From an uncultured Erysipelotrichaceae bacterium (GTDB taxonomy: Bacteria; Bacillota_I; Bacilli_A; Erysipelotrichales; Erysipelotrichaceae), in assembly GCA_946622165.1 (NCBI GenBank), contig CAMOPG010000001.1, positions 7,158-71,157 of the forward strand: a stretch of DNA of 64,000 bases, written 5' to 3'. Made by a program: the position numbers and the translations under genes. Numbering within the stretch: position 1 is the first letter of the stretch; every line of letters starts with the position of its first letter. Below, piece by piece: positions 9,764-18,438 of the stretch. The notes below the pieces were generated by a model. It was not told the DNA's origin. It searched no databases and was given only the letters and a program-made list of their open reading frames with translations.

Positions 9764-10392
9764 TGTTCCTTCATTGCCTGTATATCTTCTTCCCTGATCA
9801 GTACTGCAGGAAGTCCGCTTGAAAGCGTATGGCAGTAGATCTTTGCGGCATCCTCTGTGTAAGTCGCGCGGATATGTGCCTGCGTCAGTGAACCGCCCAC
9901 AGCGCATACGCCGTGATTTGCCATCAGACAGGCATTGCGTCCGTCCTTCATCATGGCTTCCACAGCGTTTCTGCCGACTGCTTCCGTTCCGGGCAGCGCA
10001 AATTCAGCGACCGGAACATCCCCTCCCAGAAACGGCACCATTTCGATCAGGATCACGGGGATCGCGGTATGACTGACTGCCAGAGCTGTCGCATAAGGCG
10101 AATGGGTATGAACAACGGCACTGACATCTTTCATGGAGCGATAGATCTCAGCATGAAGACGCCATTCACTGGACGGTCTGTGCGGGCCGTCAGCGATCGT
10201 ACCGTCAGGTCTGATGACCATAATGTCCTCCGGCTTCATCAGATCATACGGGAATGAACCGGGTGTGATATAGATCAGATCGTCTTCCCGGTCATAGCAG
10301 CTCAGATTTCCGCTTGTACCGGCAAACAGTTTTTCTCTCCAGCATGACAGTGTTTCTGAACATACTGCTTCTTTCAATGATTGCTTGATCAT
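9760..10392 (-). CDS. Class II aldolase/adducin-domain protein (FucA/MtnB/Ald2-like)
   Basis: 210 aa with a His-rich Zn-site pattern (HAEIY, VVHTHSPYAT, ANHG) typical of class II aldolases. Translationally coupled to the mtnA-like gene. Confidence 0.8.
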   Translation of the reverse strand: MIKQSLKEAVCSETLSCWREKLFAGTSGNLSCYDREDDLIYITPGSFPYDLMKPEDIMVIRPDGTIADGPHRPSSEWRLHAEIYRSMKDVSAVVHTHSPYATALAVSHTAIPVILIEMVPFLGGDVPVAEFALPGTEAVGRNAVEAMMKDGRNACLMANHGVCAVGGSLTQAHIRATYTEDAAKIYCHTLSSGLPAVLIREEDIQAMKEQ

Positions 10393-10423
10393 CGTATTCT
10401 CCCTATTGCGGACTTCGCTGCGG

Positions 10424-11560
10424 TCATGCGTTCTGTGTTTGACCGTGGGTGTGCTTTCTCAGCCATGGCAGGAAATGTTCACGGTATACAAACATCACGA
10501 TCGCCATAGCAGGCACTGCGAGCAGGATGCCTGCTACGCCGCAGATCTTTCCGAATACGATCGTTGAAACAAGCGTGATCACAGCCGGTACGCCCAGTGT
10601 GTTGCCGAACATCTTCGGCTTGATGACATATCCGTCGATCGTCTGCAGAATGACGGTCAGGATCAGAAAATAAAGCGCGTTCATCGGGCTGTCAAATACA
10701 AGCACGACTGAACCGATCACTGCGCCGACGATCGGTCCGAAGGTCGGCAGCAGATTCGTTACGCCGACAATGACCGAGACCAGGGAAATGTACGGCATTC
10801 CCAGCAGCATCATCACAATGGCATTGATCACGCCGACGATCACAGCATCCAGAAGATTGCAGCCGATATAGGAGATCAGGATCTCATGACAGCGCTTGAA
10901 GAATGTATTGTGCTTTGCAAATGTTTCAGGCTTCATGGATGCCTGTCTGAATTCGGCAATGCTTCCCATGATCTGTTTTTTGCCCAGCAGCAGATACAGC
11001 GCGATGATCAGTCCGATCACGATATTGACGATCGAGCTTCCGATATTGATCGTTGTATTCAGGATCTGGGCAGCGTTGTCCTTGATATAATCAACGATCA
11101 CATCGACGCCCTGATCCAGATAGCTTGTCAGCATCGTCAGGTCCAGGTGCAGATCCATGCCGAGTTTGTTGAGACTGCTGATCAGATTATCGATGGCTGA
11201 TTCATCCGCCATGACGGATACCAATGAGCTGACGCTGCTGACGATCGCAGGAATAATGATTCCGAAGGCACCGATGATGATCAGCAGCAGAAGGATGAAC
11301 GCTGACAGAACGCCCAGCATCCGTGCTCTGTTTTCAGGCATGGTGCTGAATACCTTCTGTTCAAAGAATCTGACTGCCGGTTCGAGCAGATATGCCATGA
11401 TGATGCCTGCCAGCACGGGTTCAAATATCTTGACCACGCCAGACATCCATGAAAATATCTCTGTGAAATGCGTCAGGAACATATACAGCAAAACTCCTCC
11501 GCAGACTGCGGCGAGATTTGCAAACCATCTTTTTTCAAGCAGATCCTTTATCCGATCCAT
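10424..11560 (-). CDS. AI-2E family transporter (UPF0118/PerM-like permease)
   Basis: 378-aa polytopic membrane protein whose overall pattern matches the AI-2E family by eye. Confidence 0.75.
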   Translation of the reverse strand: MDRIKDLLEKRWFANLAAVCGGVLLYMFLTHFTEIFSWMSGVVKIFEPVLAGIIMAYLLEPAVRFFEQKVFSTMPENRARMLGVLSAFILLLLIIIGAFGIIIPAIVSSVSSLVSVMADESAIDNLISSLNKLGMDLHLDLTMLTSYLDQGVDVIVDYIKDNAAQILNTTINIGSSIVNIVIGLIIALYLLLGKKQIMGSIAEFRQASMKPETFAKHNTFFKRCHEILISYIGCNLLDAVIVGVINAIVMMLLGMPYISLVSVIVGVTNLLPTFGPIVGAVIGSVVLVFDSPMNALYFLILTVILQTIDGYVIKPKMFGNTLGVPAVITLVSTIVFGKICGVAGILLAVPAMAIVMFVYREHFLPWLRKHTHGQTQNA

Positions 11561-11663
11561 AAAAATGAACTCCTTTGCCTGTCAGTATATCACGCAATGA
11601 CCCTCATAAGGCAAAATGTACAGCGAAATAAGAATGTAAAAACACGCCGTCTGTCATAACCGG

Positions 11664-12122
11664 TCAATCGCGGAACAGGTCCTTATAGGCGCCATATCCG
11701 CGCTCTTCCAGTTCTTCATACGGGATAAAGCGCAGTGATGCGGAATTGATGCAGTAGCGGAGTCCACCCGACTCTGCGGGTCCGTCATGAAATACATGTC
11801 CCAGATGCGAGCCTGCTCCGGAACTTCTGACTTCTGTCCGGATCATTCCGTGACTGAGGTCCATGCGTTTCGTGACTGCTTCTTTCCTGACGGGCTTTGT
11901 AAAGGCAGGCCATCCGCAGCCGGAGTTGTATTTGTCCGTCGATGCAAACAGCGGCTCTCCGCTGACAACATCTACGTACAGGCCTTTTTCAAAGAAATCA
12001 TCATATTCGCCGGTAAACGCATATTCCGTTGCGGCATGCTGGGTGACTTCATAGGAAAGATCTCCGATGCGTTCCCTCAGTTCCTGTTCTGTTTCGTTCT
12101 TCAGTCTTCTGCCTTCATTCAT
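11664..12122 (-). CDS. msrB: Peptide-methionine (R)-S-oxide reductase MsrB
   Basis: 152 aa with GCGWPAF and [13 protein letters not shown] motifs. Confidence 0.93.
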   Translation of the reverse strand: MNEGRRLKNETEQELRERIGDLSYEVTQHAATEYAFTGEYDDFFEKGLYVDVVSGEPLFASTDKYNSGCGWPAFTKPVRKEAVTKRMDLSHGMIRTEVRSSGAGSHLGHVFHDGPAESGGLRYCINSASLRFIPYEELEERGYGAYKDLFRD

Positions 12123-12712
12123 ATCCGTTCTCCTTCATCATTGCGGTCCGGGGCTTCCAGTCTGATCTTTTCCAGGGTGTCCTGCAGGATCTCCTGCCGC
12201 AGTTCCTTCAGCCATGGGGAAAATTCCACCGTATCAAACGCGTAAGTCCTGTTCAGTTCATACTCGTTGTCTGCCCATGTACTGATCGGTGACTCGTTAT
12301 GCTGTATCAGCGCTTCGAGTTTATCCAGTGCCTTATAGATCTTTGCCTCGACCGTCTGCTGTGCTTCCATCTCTTTGTACAGTTCAGACATGCGGACGGA
12401 TACGTCCTCTGAAAGTGAAGCGACCCAGTCATTCAGCAGTTCATCCTCTGTCCTGCGGTCCTGATCTGTTTTCAGAAAGGTCGGGATGTCGCCTGTAAAG
12501 CATTCTCCGAGATCATGGATCAGGCACATTCTGATCACTTTATTGATATCTGCTTCAGGAAACACATCTTCCAGCAGAAATGCCATCAGAGATATCCGCC
12601 AGCTGTGTTCTGCGACGCTTTCTCTTCTTCCGTTTGTTGTTGTGCAATGACGCTCTGCGTCCTTCAGACGTTCTGCGATATGCAGAATATCCAGAAATTC
12701 ACGCTGCTCCAT
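12119..12712 (-). CDS. HD-domain phosphohydrolase (YfbR-like 5'-deoxynucleotidase family)
   Basis: 197 aa with H...HD...E metal motifs ([19 protein letters not shown]). ATGA overlap with msrB. Confidence 0.75.
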   Translation of the reverse strand: MEQREFLDILHIAERLKDAERHCTTTNGRRESVAEHSWRISLMAFLLEDVFPEADINKVIRMCLIHDLGECFTGDIPTFLKTDQDRRTEDELLNDWVASLSEDVSVRMSELYKEMEAQQTVEAKIYKALDKLEALIQHNESPISTWADNEYELNRTYAFDTVEFSPWLKELRQEILQDTLEKIRLEAPDRNDEGERI

Positions 12713-12756
12713 CGAGTACCTCTTTGCCGTGCCGGCAGTCTTTCACCATCCATCGT

Positions 12757-12789
12757 AACACAACAAAGGCAGGATCACTCCTGCCTTTG
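12757..12789 (-). terminator. Rho-independent terminator after hflC
   Basis: Perfect 10-bp stem CAAAGGCAGG/CCTGCCTTTG (12764-12773 / 12780-12789) with a 6-nt loop, followed on the minus strand by a T-rich tract. Confidence 0.75.
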
Positions 12790-12791
12790 CC

Positions 12792-13658
12792 TCAGTTTCC
12801 GTACAGTACTTTCGCAAGTTCTGAATCTTTGTCGAGGATGATCGTTTTGTTTTCTCCGTGCATGGATTCCTTCAGTGCGTCCAGTGATCTGGCATATTCA
12901 TAGAATTCTGCCTTTTCCGGCGTATTGTAGGCTTCCTGCAGGATCTTCATGTATTCCTCTTCGCCTTCAGCTCTGAGTATGGCTGCCTGGCGCTGTGCTT
13001 CTGCTTTCAGGACGGTCACTTCCCTGTCGGTCTTGTTGCGGATCTTCTGAGCTTCTGAAGCACCGCTTGCTGTGTAGCTTGCGGCAATATTGTTGCGCTC
13101 GGAGATCATGCGTTCGTAGACCGCGGATTCGTTGTCACTCGGCAGTCCGAGGATCTTGATCTGGGATGTAACGATCTCGATGCCGTACTGGCCGATATCG
13201 GAATTGGCTTCCTTTGTGATCATGGCTGTCAGCTTCTCGCCGGTCGCCGCAATGATATCATCCTGGTTCATGGAAGAGATCGTATTCTTCAGTGCGTTGT
13301 AAACAGCTGCTTCGATACGTTCTTCCGCACGGTTCGATGAAGCGTTCAGTGTTCTGATATAAGCCTGCGGATCTGTTACCTTCCAGAGGACAAAATTGTC
13401 TGCGATCATGGATTTCTTGTCGCGCGTGATAACATCCGATGCCGGAATATCATACAGGATCGTTCTTGCCGAGATGATCTCGACTGTCTGAAGGAACGGA
13501 ATACGGAATTTCATGCCCGGTGTATTTTCGATCCTGACGATCCTTCCCAGGTGTCTGATAACAGCGTATTCATTCAGTTCGACTGTATAGGCCGAACCGG
13601 AAGCGATCAGCAGTACCAGAAGGACTGCGATGTATTTCAATGCCTTTTTCATATTCAC
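12792..13658 (-). CDS. hflC: SPFH/band-7 protease modulator HflC
   Basis: 288 aa with an N-terminal TM segment plus an SPFH domain. Overlaps hflK by 4 nt. Confidence 0.85.
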   Translation of the reverse strand: MNMKKALKYIAVLLVLLIASGSAYTVELNEYAVIRHLGRIVRIENTPGMKFRIPFLQTVEIISARTILYDIPASDVITRDKKSMIADNFVLWKVTDPQAYIRTLNASSNRAEERIEAAVYNALKNTISSMNQDDIIAATGEKLTAMITKEANSDIGQYGIEIVTSQIKILGLPSDNESAVYERMISERNNIAASYTASGASEAQKIRNKTDREVTVLKAEAQRQAAILRAEGEEEYMKILQEAYNTPEKAEFYEYARSLDALKESMHGENKTIILDKDSELAKVLYGN

Positions 13659-14647
13659 TCATTACCTCCGGCTGTGGTGAAGCTTTCCAGCGGCATCAGT
13701 GTCTGCGTATTGCCGTCTGTTACGATGATCTTCAGGTCAGGAAGGATCTCTTCCATCGCTTCATAGAACATTCTCTTCTTGGTGATCAGCGGGAATTTCT
13801 GATATTCTTCGTACATTTTGCTGAATCTGGCTGCCTGGCCTTCTGCTTCGGCGATCCTTGCTGTCTTCTCAGCTTCCGCTGCCTGGATGATGCGGTCTGC
13901 CTCTGCCTCCGCATAAGGGATCTGTTCATTCCTGTAGCGGTTGGCGTCATTGACAGCTGTTTCCTTGCCCTGTCTGGCTGTTTCAACAGCTTTGAATGCC
14001 TGTGCGACTTCGCTTGTGGGAGGCTCGGAATCCTGTACAGAGACATTCACGATCTGCATGCCGATCTGCTTCTCCGAGAGTTCCTTCGCCAGCAATTCCC
14101 GGATCTCCTGCTGGATCTGGCCTTTTCCTGTCGTCATGACCTCGTCTACCGGATAGTCTGTGACCGTTGCCCTGATGCAGGACAATGCTTCATTGGCAAG
14201 GATCATTTCCGGATTGTTCGTATTGAACAGATAAGCGATCGGGTCGCTGACCTTGTATTCCAGATAGAAGTCGATGTTGATCAGGTTGAAATCAGATGTG
14301 ATCATCTGGGCGTCAGAATCGATCGCGATGTTCTGACCGCCGCCTTCCACCTGATAACCAATGCCGAATCCGTGCGTCGTCATGTCCACCTTTGTGACAT
14401 GCTCTGCAAACGGGATCTTGAAATGAAAGCCTGCTGAATCGACTCTCTGCACTTTGCCGAACATCGTGACAACAGCCTGTTCATCTTCACTGACGCTGTA
14501 GAAGGAAGACAGGCCTGCCATCAGCACGAAGGCAAGAACGATCACCGGCAATACCTTCTTCCCAAGCTGTTTCAGGTCCGGAGCCTGGCGCGGCCCGGCA
14601 AACTCTGCCCCGCCGCGTTTGAATGCTTCAAAAATGTTTCTGTTCAT
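13655..14647 (-). CDS. hflK: SPFH/band-7 protease modulator HflK
   Basis: SPFH domain with a coiled-coil tail. The ATG at 14647 (MNRNIFEAFK...) follows GGAGGTA. The ORF-track start at 14716 is unlikely. Confidence 0.85.
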   Translation of the reverse strand: MNRNIFEAFKRGGAEFAGPRQAPDLKQLGKKVLPVIVLAFVLMAGLSSFYSVSEDEQAVVTMFGKVQRVDSAGFHFKIPFAEHVTKVDMTTHGFGIGYQVEGGGQNIAIDSDAQMITSDFNLINIDFYLEYKVSDPIAYLFNTNNPEMILANEALSCIRATVTDYPVDEVMTTGKGQIQQEIRELLAKELSEKQIGMQIVNVSVQDSEPPTSEVAQAFKAVETARQGKETAVNDANRYRNEQIPYAEAEADRIIQAAEAEKTARIAEAEGQAARFSKMYEEYQKFPLITKKRMFYEAMEEILPDLKIIVTDGNTQTLMPLESFTTAGGNE

Positions 14648-14864
14648 GCTTACCTCCAAAAAAACAGATACAGCATTGAACTGTATCCTGATTACAAAGC
14701 TTCTGTTCTCATACACAGTTCAATATGCTATGTATGAGTCTCACAATTCTGAGCAGACCAGGCGTCAGCCGTGATGGTGATCTGCTCTGCGGATATCCTC
14801 CGCACGTTACTCCCTCATTACTGATATCATCATATCAGATTCACGCCCGCTGTCAATAGATTTA

Positions 14865-14878
14865 GTGAATTAATTCAC
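14865..14878. promoter_or_regulatory. Perfect 14-bp palindrome GTGAATTAATTCAC (Rex-type or CRP/FNR-type operator candidate)
   Basis: Seen directly, about 90 nt upstream of the Gfo/Idh/MocA oxidoreductase ATG. The core GTGAA-N4-TTCAC equals the core of the published Rex box TTGTGAAnnnnTTCACAA. Confidence 0.4.
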
Positions 14879-14965
14879 ATTGCATATCACAGCGGTTCTG
14901 ATGAGTATATACGGTGAAAATACCGGACGGTACGCATACAATAAATTCAGAGAGGCATCAATCAT

Positions 14966-15940
14966 ATGAATGATCAGATACGTTTCGGCATTATGTCCTG
15001 CGCTTCCATTGTCCCCCGCTTTGTCAGGGGGCTGGAGGAATGCGGCCTGGGTACAGCAGCAGCGATCGCTTCCAGATCAGGCGAAAAAGCACAAAGGACT
15101 GCGGAAGAGCTGAATATCCCCCGTGCGTACGGGAGCTATGAAGCGCTTCTGGAGGACAAAGACATTGAAGCTGTATATATACCGCTTATCAACAGCCTTC
15201 ATGCCCCGTGGGCTGAGAAAGCACTGCTTGCAGGGAAACATGTCATCATGGAGAAACCGTTTGTCCTGCATGAAGCTGAGGCTATCAGGCTGGCGCAGCT
15301 GGCAGAGGAAAAAAGACTGTTTATTACCGAAGCAGTCAAGACGCCCTTCCTGCCGGTCTACTCCCGCATCAAAGAGATCCTGAACGAGCATGCATTGGGT
15401 GAGATCAGATTCATGCACTTCCGGCAGTCCTATACCGGCGGATCGTATATTACCGGCTGGAACACTGAAAAAGAATCCGGCGGAGGCGTTTTGATCGCCA
15501 ATGAAGCATATTTCTTCCATATGACGGAATTTCTGGCAGGCAGGATCATTTCCTGCGCGGGTTCCGCATCCTTCGGACCGTCCGTGGAAGATCAGTGTTC
15601 CATCAGCGTTATGACCGAGAACAATGTGCTTGCCTCATTGTTCGTCTCCTCAAAGGTACTGTTTCAGAACGGCCTGACCATCTGGCTGGATCACGGCAGG
15701 ATCGAAATACCTGATTACTGGAAAGCTTCGGAAGCGTTCGTTTACGAAGCGGATGAACTGAAAGAACACATCAGCTTTCCTTGCAGATATGAATTCCGGT
15801 ATGAACTGGAGCACTACTGCAGACTGATCAGGGAAGGCTGTCTGCAGAGTCCTGTAACGCCTGTCGCAAACAGCGGCCGCTATATCGGCATGTGCGAACA
15901 GCTGTACAGACAATGGGAAGACGGTACGCGCAAACCTTAA
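14966..15940 (+). CDS. Gfo/Idh/MocA-family NAD(P)-dependent oxidoreductase
   Basis: 324 aa with an N-terminal Rossmann segment (IRFGIMSCASIVPRF) and an EKP motif (VIMEKPF). Confidence 0.85.
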   Translation: MNDQIRFGIMSCASIVPRFVRGLEECGLGTAAAIASRSGEKAQRTAEELNIPRAYGSYEALLEDKDIEAVYIPLINSLHAPWAEKALLAGKHVIMEKPFVLHEAEAIRLAQLAEEKRLFITEAVKTPFLPVYSRIKEILNEHALGEIRFMHFRQSYTGGSYITGWNTEKESGGGVLIANEAYFFHMTEFLAGRIISCAGSASFGPSVEDQCSISVMTENNVLASLFVSSKVLFQNGLTIWLDHGRIEIPDYWKASEAFVYEADELKEHISFPCRYEFRYELEHYCRLIREGCLQSPVTPVANSGRYIGMCEQLYRQWEDGTRKP

Positions 15941-16021
15941 ACTTTTCACCTCTTCTTTCACATATTTCTGCGGCACATTTCATATATATTGAATTTGACC
16001 AGTCGTCAAAAAGGAGAAACT

Positions 16022-16201
16022 ATGCTGAGAAGATTATTGAAATTCACTGTCGTGGCTGCCGCAACAGCGATCATATCCGCAGCTACATATGTATCTTCCG
16101 TGAAGCTTGCAGAAGCTACGGAAAAAATGCTGGAAGACAGAGAAAAGAACAAACAGAACAACAGCAGCGAAAACAATCAGAACAATGAACAGGATCAGTA
16201 A
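16022..16201 (+). CDS. Small membrane-anchored protein (59 aa) with an Asn/Gln/Glu-rich tail
   Basis: The ATG at 16022 follows AAAGGAG. It has one hydrophobic helix and is followed by a clean terminator. Confidence 0.5.
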   Translation: MLRRLLKFTVVAAATAIISAATYVSSVKLAEATEKMLEDREKNKQNNSSENNQNNEQDQ

Positions 16202-16219
16202 GCAACGTGCCTGTTCAGC

Positions 16220-16246
16220 AGCCGGACAGTGTTCCGGCTGTTTTTG
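16220..16246 (+). terminator. Rho-independent terminator
   Basis: AGCCGGA-cagtgt-TCCGGCT followed by GTTTTTG. Confidence 0.8.
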
Positions 16247-16251
16247 CGTAT

Positions 16252-16279
16252 AAAAACGGCGCTGCCCTCTGGCTGCGCC
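16252..16279 (-). terminator. Rho-independent terminator after the peptide-binding protein gene
   Basis: On the minus strand, GGCGCAGCC-agag-GGCAGCGCC (one mismatch) followed by GTTTTTA. Confidence 0.65.
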
Positions 16280-16306
16280 GCATAGATGTATGAATGTCAG
16301 GATATA

Positions 16307-17983
16307 TTACTTGTTGTTGGTGCAGTAGCCCCAGTACAGTGTGGAACCGTGCAGTTCATAGCCGGAAAGGCTCTTCTGAACAAGGATGGAGTTCTTCGGC
16401 TGATAAAGCGGTACGATGTACGCCATTTCATCGACCAGATATTCTTCTGCTTCATGGCAGATATTGAGCGCTTCATCCACATCCCCTGCCCATTTTGCGT
16501 CAAGCATCAGCTGATCGAATTTTTCATCGGAGACTGCCGGTACGATCTGCATGCCTGTTGTCCAGACATCAAGACCGGTGATCGGGTGGCTTACGCTGAG
16601 ACCGTATCTGCAGAGTTCAAACAGCCCCTGGTCGAACTGATCCCAGTAAACGCCTGATTCAAGCGCGCTGAACTCAACTTCAACGCCGACAGATGCCCAC
16701 TGTTCCTGCAGGATCGTTGCAAGATCCGCGTTGTTTCCGCTGTTGGAATATCTGTAGACGATGTGCAGAGGATTCGCTTCATCATATCCTGCCTGTGCCA
16801 GCAGTTCAGCAGCACCCTCAGGATCATATGCGAGTTCATATGCATCATTCAGGTCGTCCCCTTCTGTCCGGTAGTCACCGGATGCACCGGGCACGCCTGC
16901 AGGTACGAATCCTTCCAGTTTCTGGAAGAACGAATCTCCGCCGAGTACTTCGACGATCGAATCTGTGTCGATCGCTTTTGCCAGTGCTTTTCTGACATTG
17001 ATATCCTTTGCCCATTCAGGACCGTTGACGCCGGTATTGAATGATACGCAGTATGTTGTCGGAGCAGTATAGGAGAACAGATTCTCTGTACCCATATAGT
17101 TTGTGGCTGTTTCATTGGAAACGCTCAGCGCAACATCAATTTCTTCTGCTTCGAAAGCCATTGACTGGGAAGACTGGTCAGACATTACGATGAATGAGAT
17201 CTCATCCATGGTGATGCTGTCGGCGTCATAGTAGTTTTCATTCTTGACTGCAACTGCCTTCTCATTGATATTCAGATCTGACAGTGTGTACGGTCCGCTT
17301 GTGACATTGCCTGCTTCAAGTGACCATGTTGAAGTGTGCTGGGGCGTGCTCTGGGGCAGCGGTTCCCATGCACCTGAGCACATCAGAAGTGTCAGGTAAG
17401 AGCACGGCATCTTCAGTGTCAGCTCAAATGTTTTATCATCGATCGCCTTGACGCCGACTTCACTGTGGTCTTCTTTTGTGCAGTCGAATTCAGGATCCAG
17501 ATATGCTTTTTCACTGTATTCGGAAGCACCGGCGATATACTGCTGGAGATTATATACAGCGAACGCGTTGTCTGCGCCATAGGACAGGTTTCTCAGATAT
17601 GTATATTCAAAATCCTGGGCAGTGATGGGCGTTCCGTCACTCCATTTGATGCCGTCCTTCAGATAGAACGTGTACACGAGACCGTCTTCGGAAACATCAT
17701 AGTCTTCCGCCAGCATCGGAACGATGCCGCCGTTGACATCTCTCTGGAACATTGCGCTGTACAGATGTGAAAGTACATAGCTGTTGTTTGTTTCCGTATT
17801 CAGGCCGGGATCCATCGTTGTGAACTGGCCGGGCACGGCAACTGTCATCTTCTGGCTGGTCATTTCAGGTGTTCCTGTCGGATCGGAACCGGAACCTGCG
17901 GGTTCTGTGGAAGAACAACCTGCAAATGAAAGTGCGGTCGCTGCTGTCAGGATCATTCCTGCTAATTTCTTCATATGTTTCAT
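16307..17983 (-). CDS. ABC transporter substrate-binding lipoprotein, family 5 (peptide/nickel, OppA/DppA-like)
   Basis: The ATG at 17983 (MKHMKKLAGMILTAATALSFAGCSS) follows AAGGAG and gives a signal peptide with the lipobox FAGC. The body looks like a family-5 SBP. The ORF-track extension to 18133 runs through the T-box leader and is spurious. Confidence 0.88.
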   Translation of the reverse strand: MKHMKKLAGMILTAATALSFAGCSSTEPAGSGSDPTGTPEMTSQKMTVAVPGQFTTMDPGLNTETNNSYVLSHLYSAMFQRDVNGGIVPMLAEDYDVSEDGLVYTFYLKDGIKWSDGTPITAQDFEYTYLRNLSYGADNAFAVYNLQQYIAGASEYSEKAYLDPEFDCTKEDHSEVGVKAIDDKTFELTLKMPCSYLTLLMCSGAWEPLPQSTPQHTSTWSLEAGNVTSGPYTLSDLNINEKAVAVKNENYYDADSITMDEISFIVMSDQSSQSMAFEAEEIDVALSVSNETATNYMGTENLFSYTAPTTYCVSFNTGVNGPEWAKDINVRKALAKAIDTDSIVEVLGGDSFFQKLEGFVPAGVPGASGDYRTEGDDLNDAYELAYDPEGAAELLAQAGYDEANPLHIVYRYSNSGNNADLATILQEQWASVGVEVEFSALESGVYWDQFDQGLFELCRYGLSVSHPITGLDVWTTGMQIVPAVSDEKFDQLMLDAKWAGDVDEALNICHEAEEYLVDEMAYIVPLYQPKNSILVQKSLSGYELHGSTLYWGYCTNNK

Positions 17984-18068
17984 AGTCTTCTCCTTCTTTC
18001 TTTTCATCTTCAGATTCAAACGGGAATCACCCCTCTTCGTCGTCTGCTCATAGATCGTTCCTCCTGAA

Positions 18069-18300
18069 ATAAAAAACCGTCCCTGTCCAGGGACGACATT
18101 CATCGCGGTACCACTCTGGTTGCCGGCAGTCATTTGCCGGCCTCTCTAAGCCTTAACGCGGCAGACGGCTTTCCATACTGTCAGTTCCGGAAAGCTTCTC
18201 ACAGATGCGCTTCTCCTTCGGTGTTGCCGCCGGACTTCCACTCTGTTCCGGCTCGCTGATGGGCTTCCTGGGATACTCTTCTGCTCATTGAATTGCTTTC
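18069..18300 (-). promoter_or_regulatory. T-box riboswitch leader (tRNA-sensing transcription attenuator)
   Basis: The minus strand reads AATGAGCAGAAGAGTA (K-turn and specifier-loop 5' side), AGCGAG bulge, a distal hairpin CCGGA-ACAGAGTGGAAG-TCCGG, the T-box sequence AACCAGAGTGGTACCGCG (18104-18121), and then the terminator CGTCCCT-GGAC-AGGGACG + GTTTTTTATTT (18069-18095). Confidence 0.85.
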
Positions 18301-18328
18301 ATTTTACTTGTCTGCAGACACAATTCAA
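18301..18328 (-). promoter_or_regulatory. Sigma-A promoter for the T-box leader
   Basis: Minus strand: TTGAAT (18328-18323), 16-nt spacer, TAAAAT (18306-18301). Confidence 0.6.
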
Positions 18329-18438
18329 GATTCAGTGTAAATATATATGAAATATTTTTTGCTTGTTTTCGTATTTAATGAAACTTTTTCATCAATTCAG
18401 ATGCCTGCATGATAAAAGCAGCAGATATGCTCCGCTGC

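Noticed and set aside
15989-16021. The upstream start (MNLTSRQKGET...) for the small membrane protein.
   Set aside because: The AAAGGAG Shine-Dalgarno sequence lies inside this extension and is correctly spaced for the ATG at 16022.
17984-18133. N-terminal extension of the peptide-binding protein ORF (MTAGNQSGTAMNVVPGQGRFFISGG...).
   Set aside because: It reads through the T-box sequence and its terminator. The real start at 17983 has a Shine-Dalgarno sequence and gives a lipoprotein signal peptide. The same reasoning applies to 9764-9907 (mtnA), 14648-14716 (hflK), 52801-52866 (hisS), 51536-51550 (aspS), 58828-58902 (murD) and 23569-23610 (purC).
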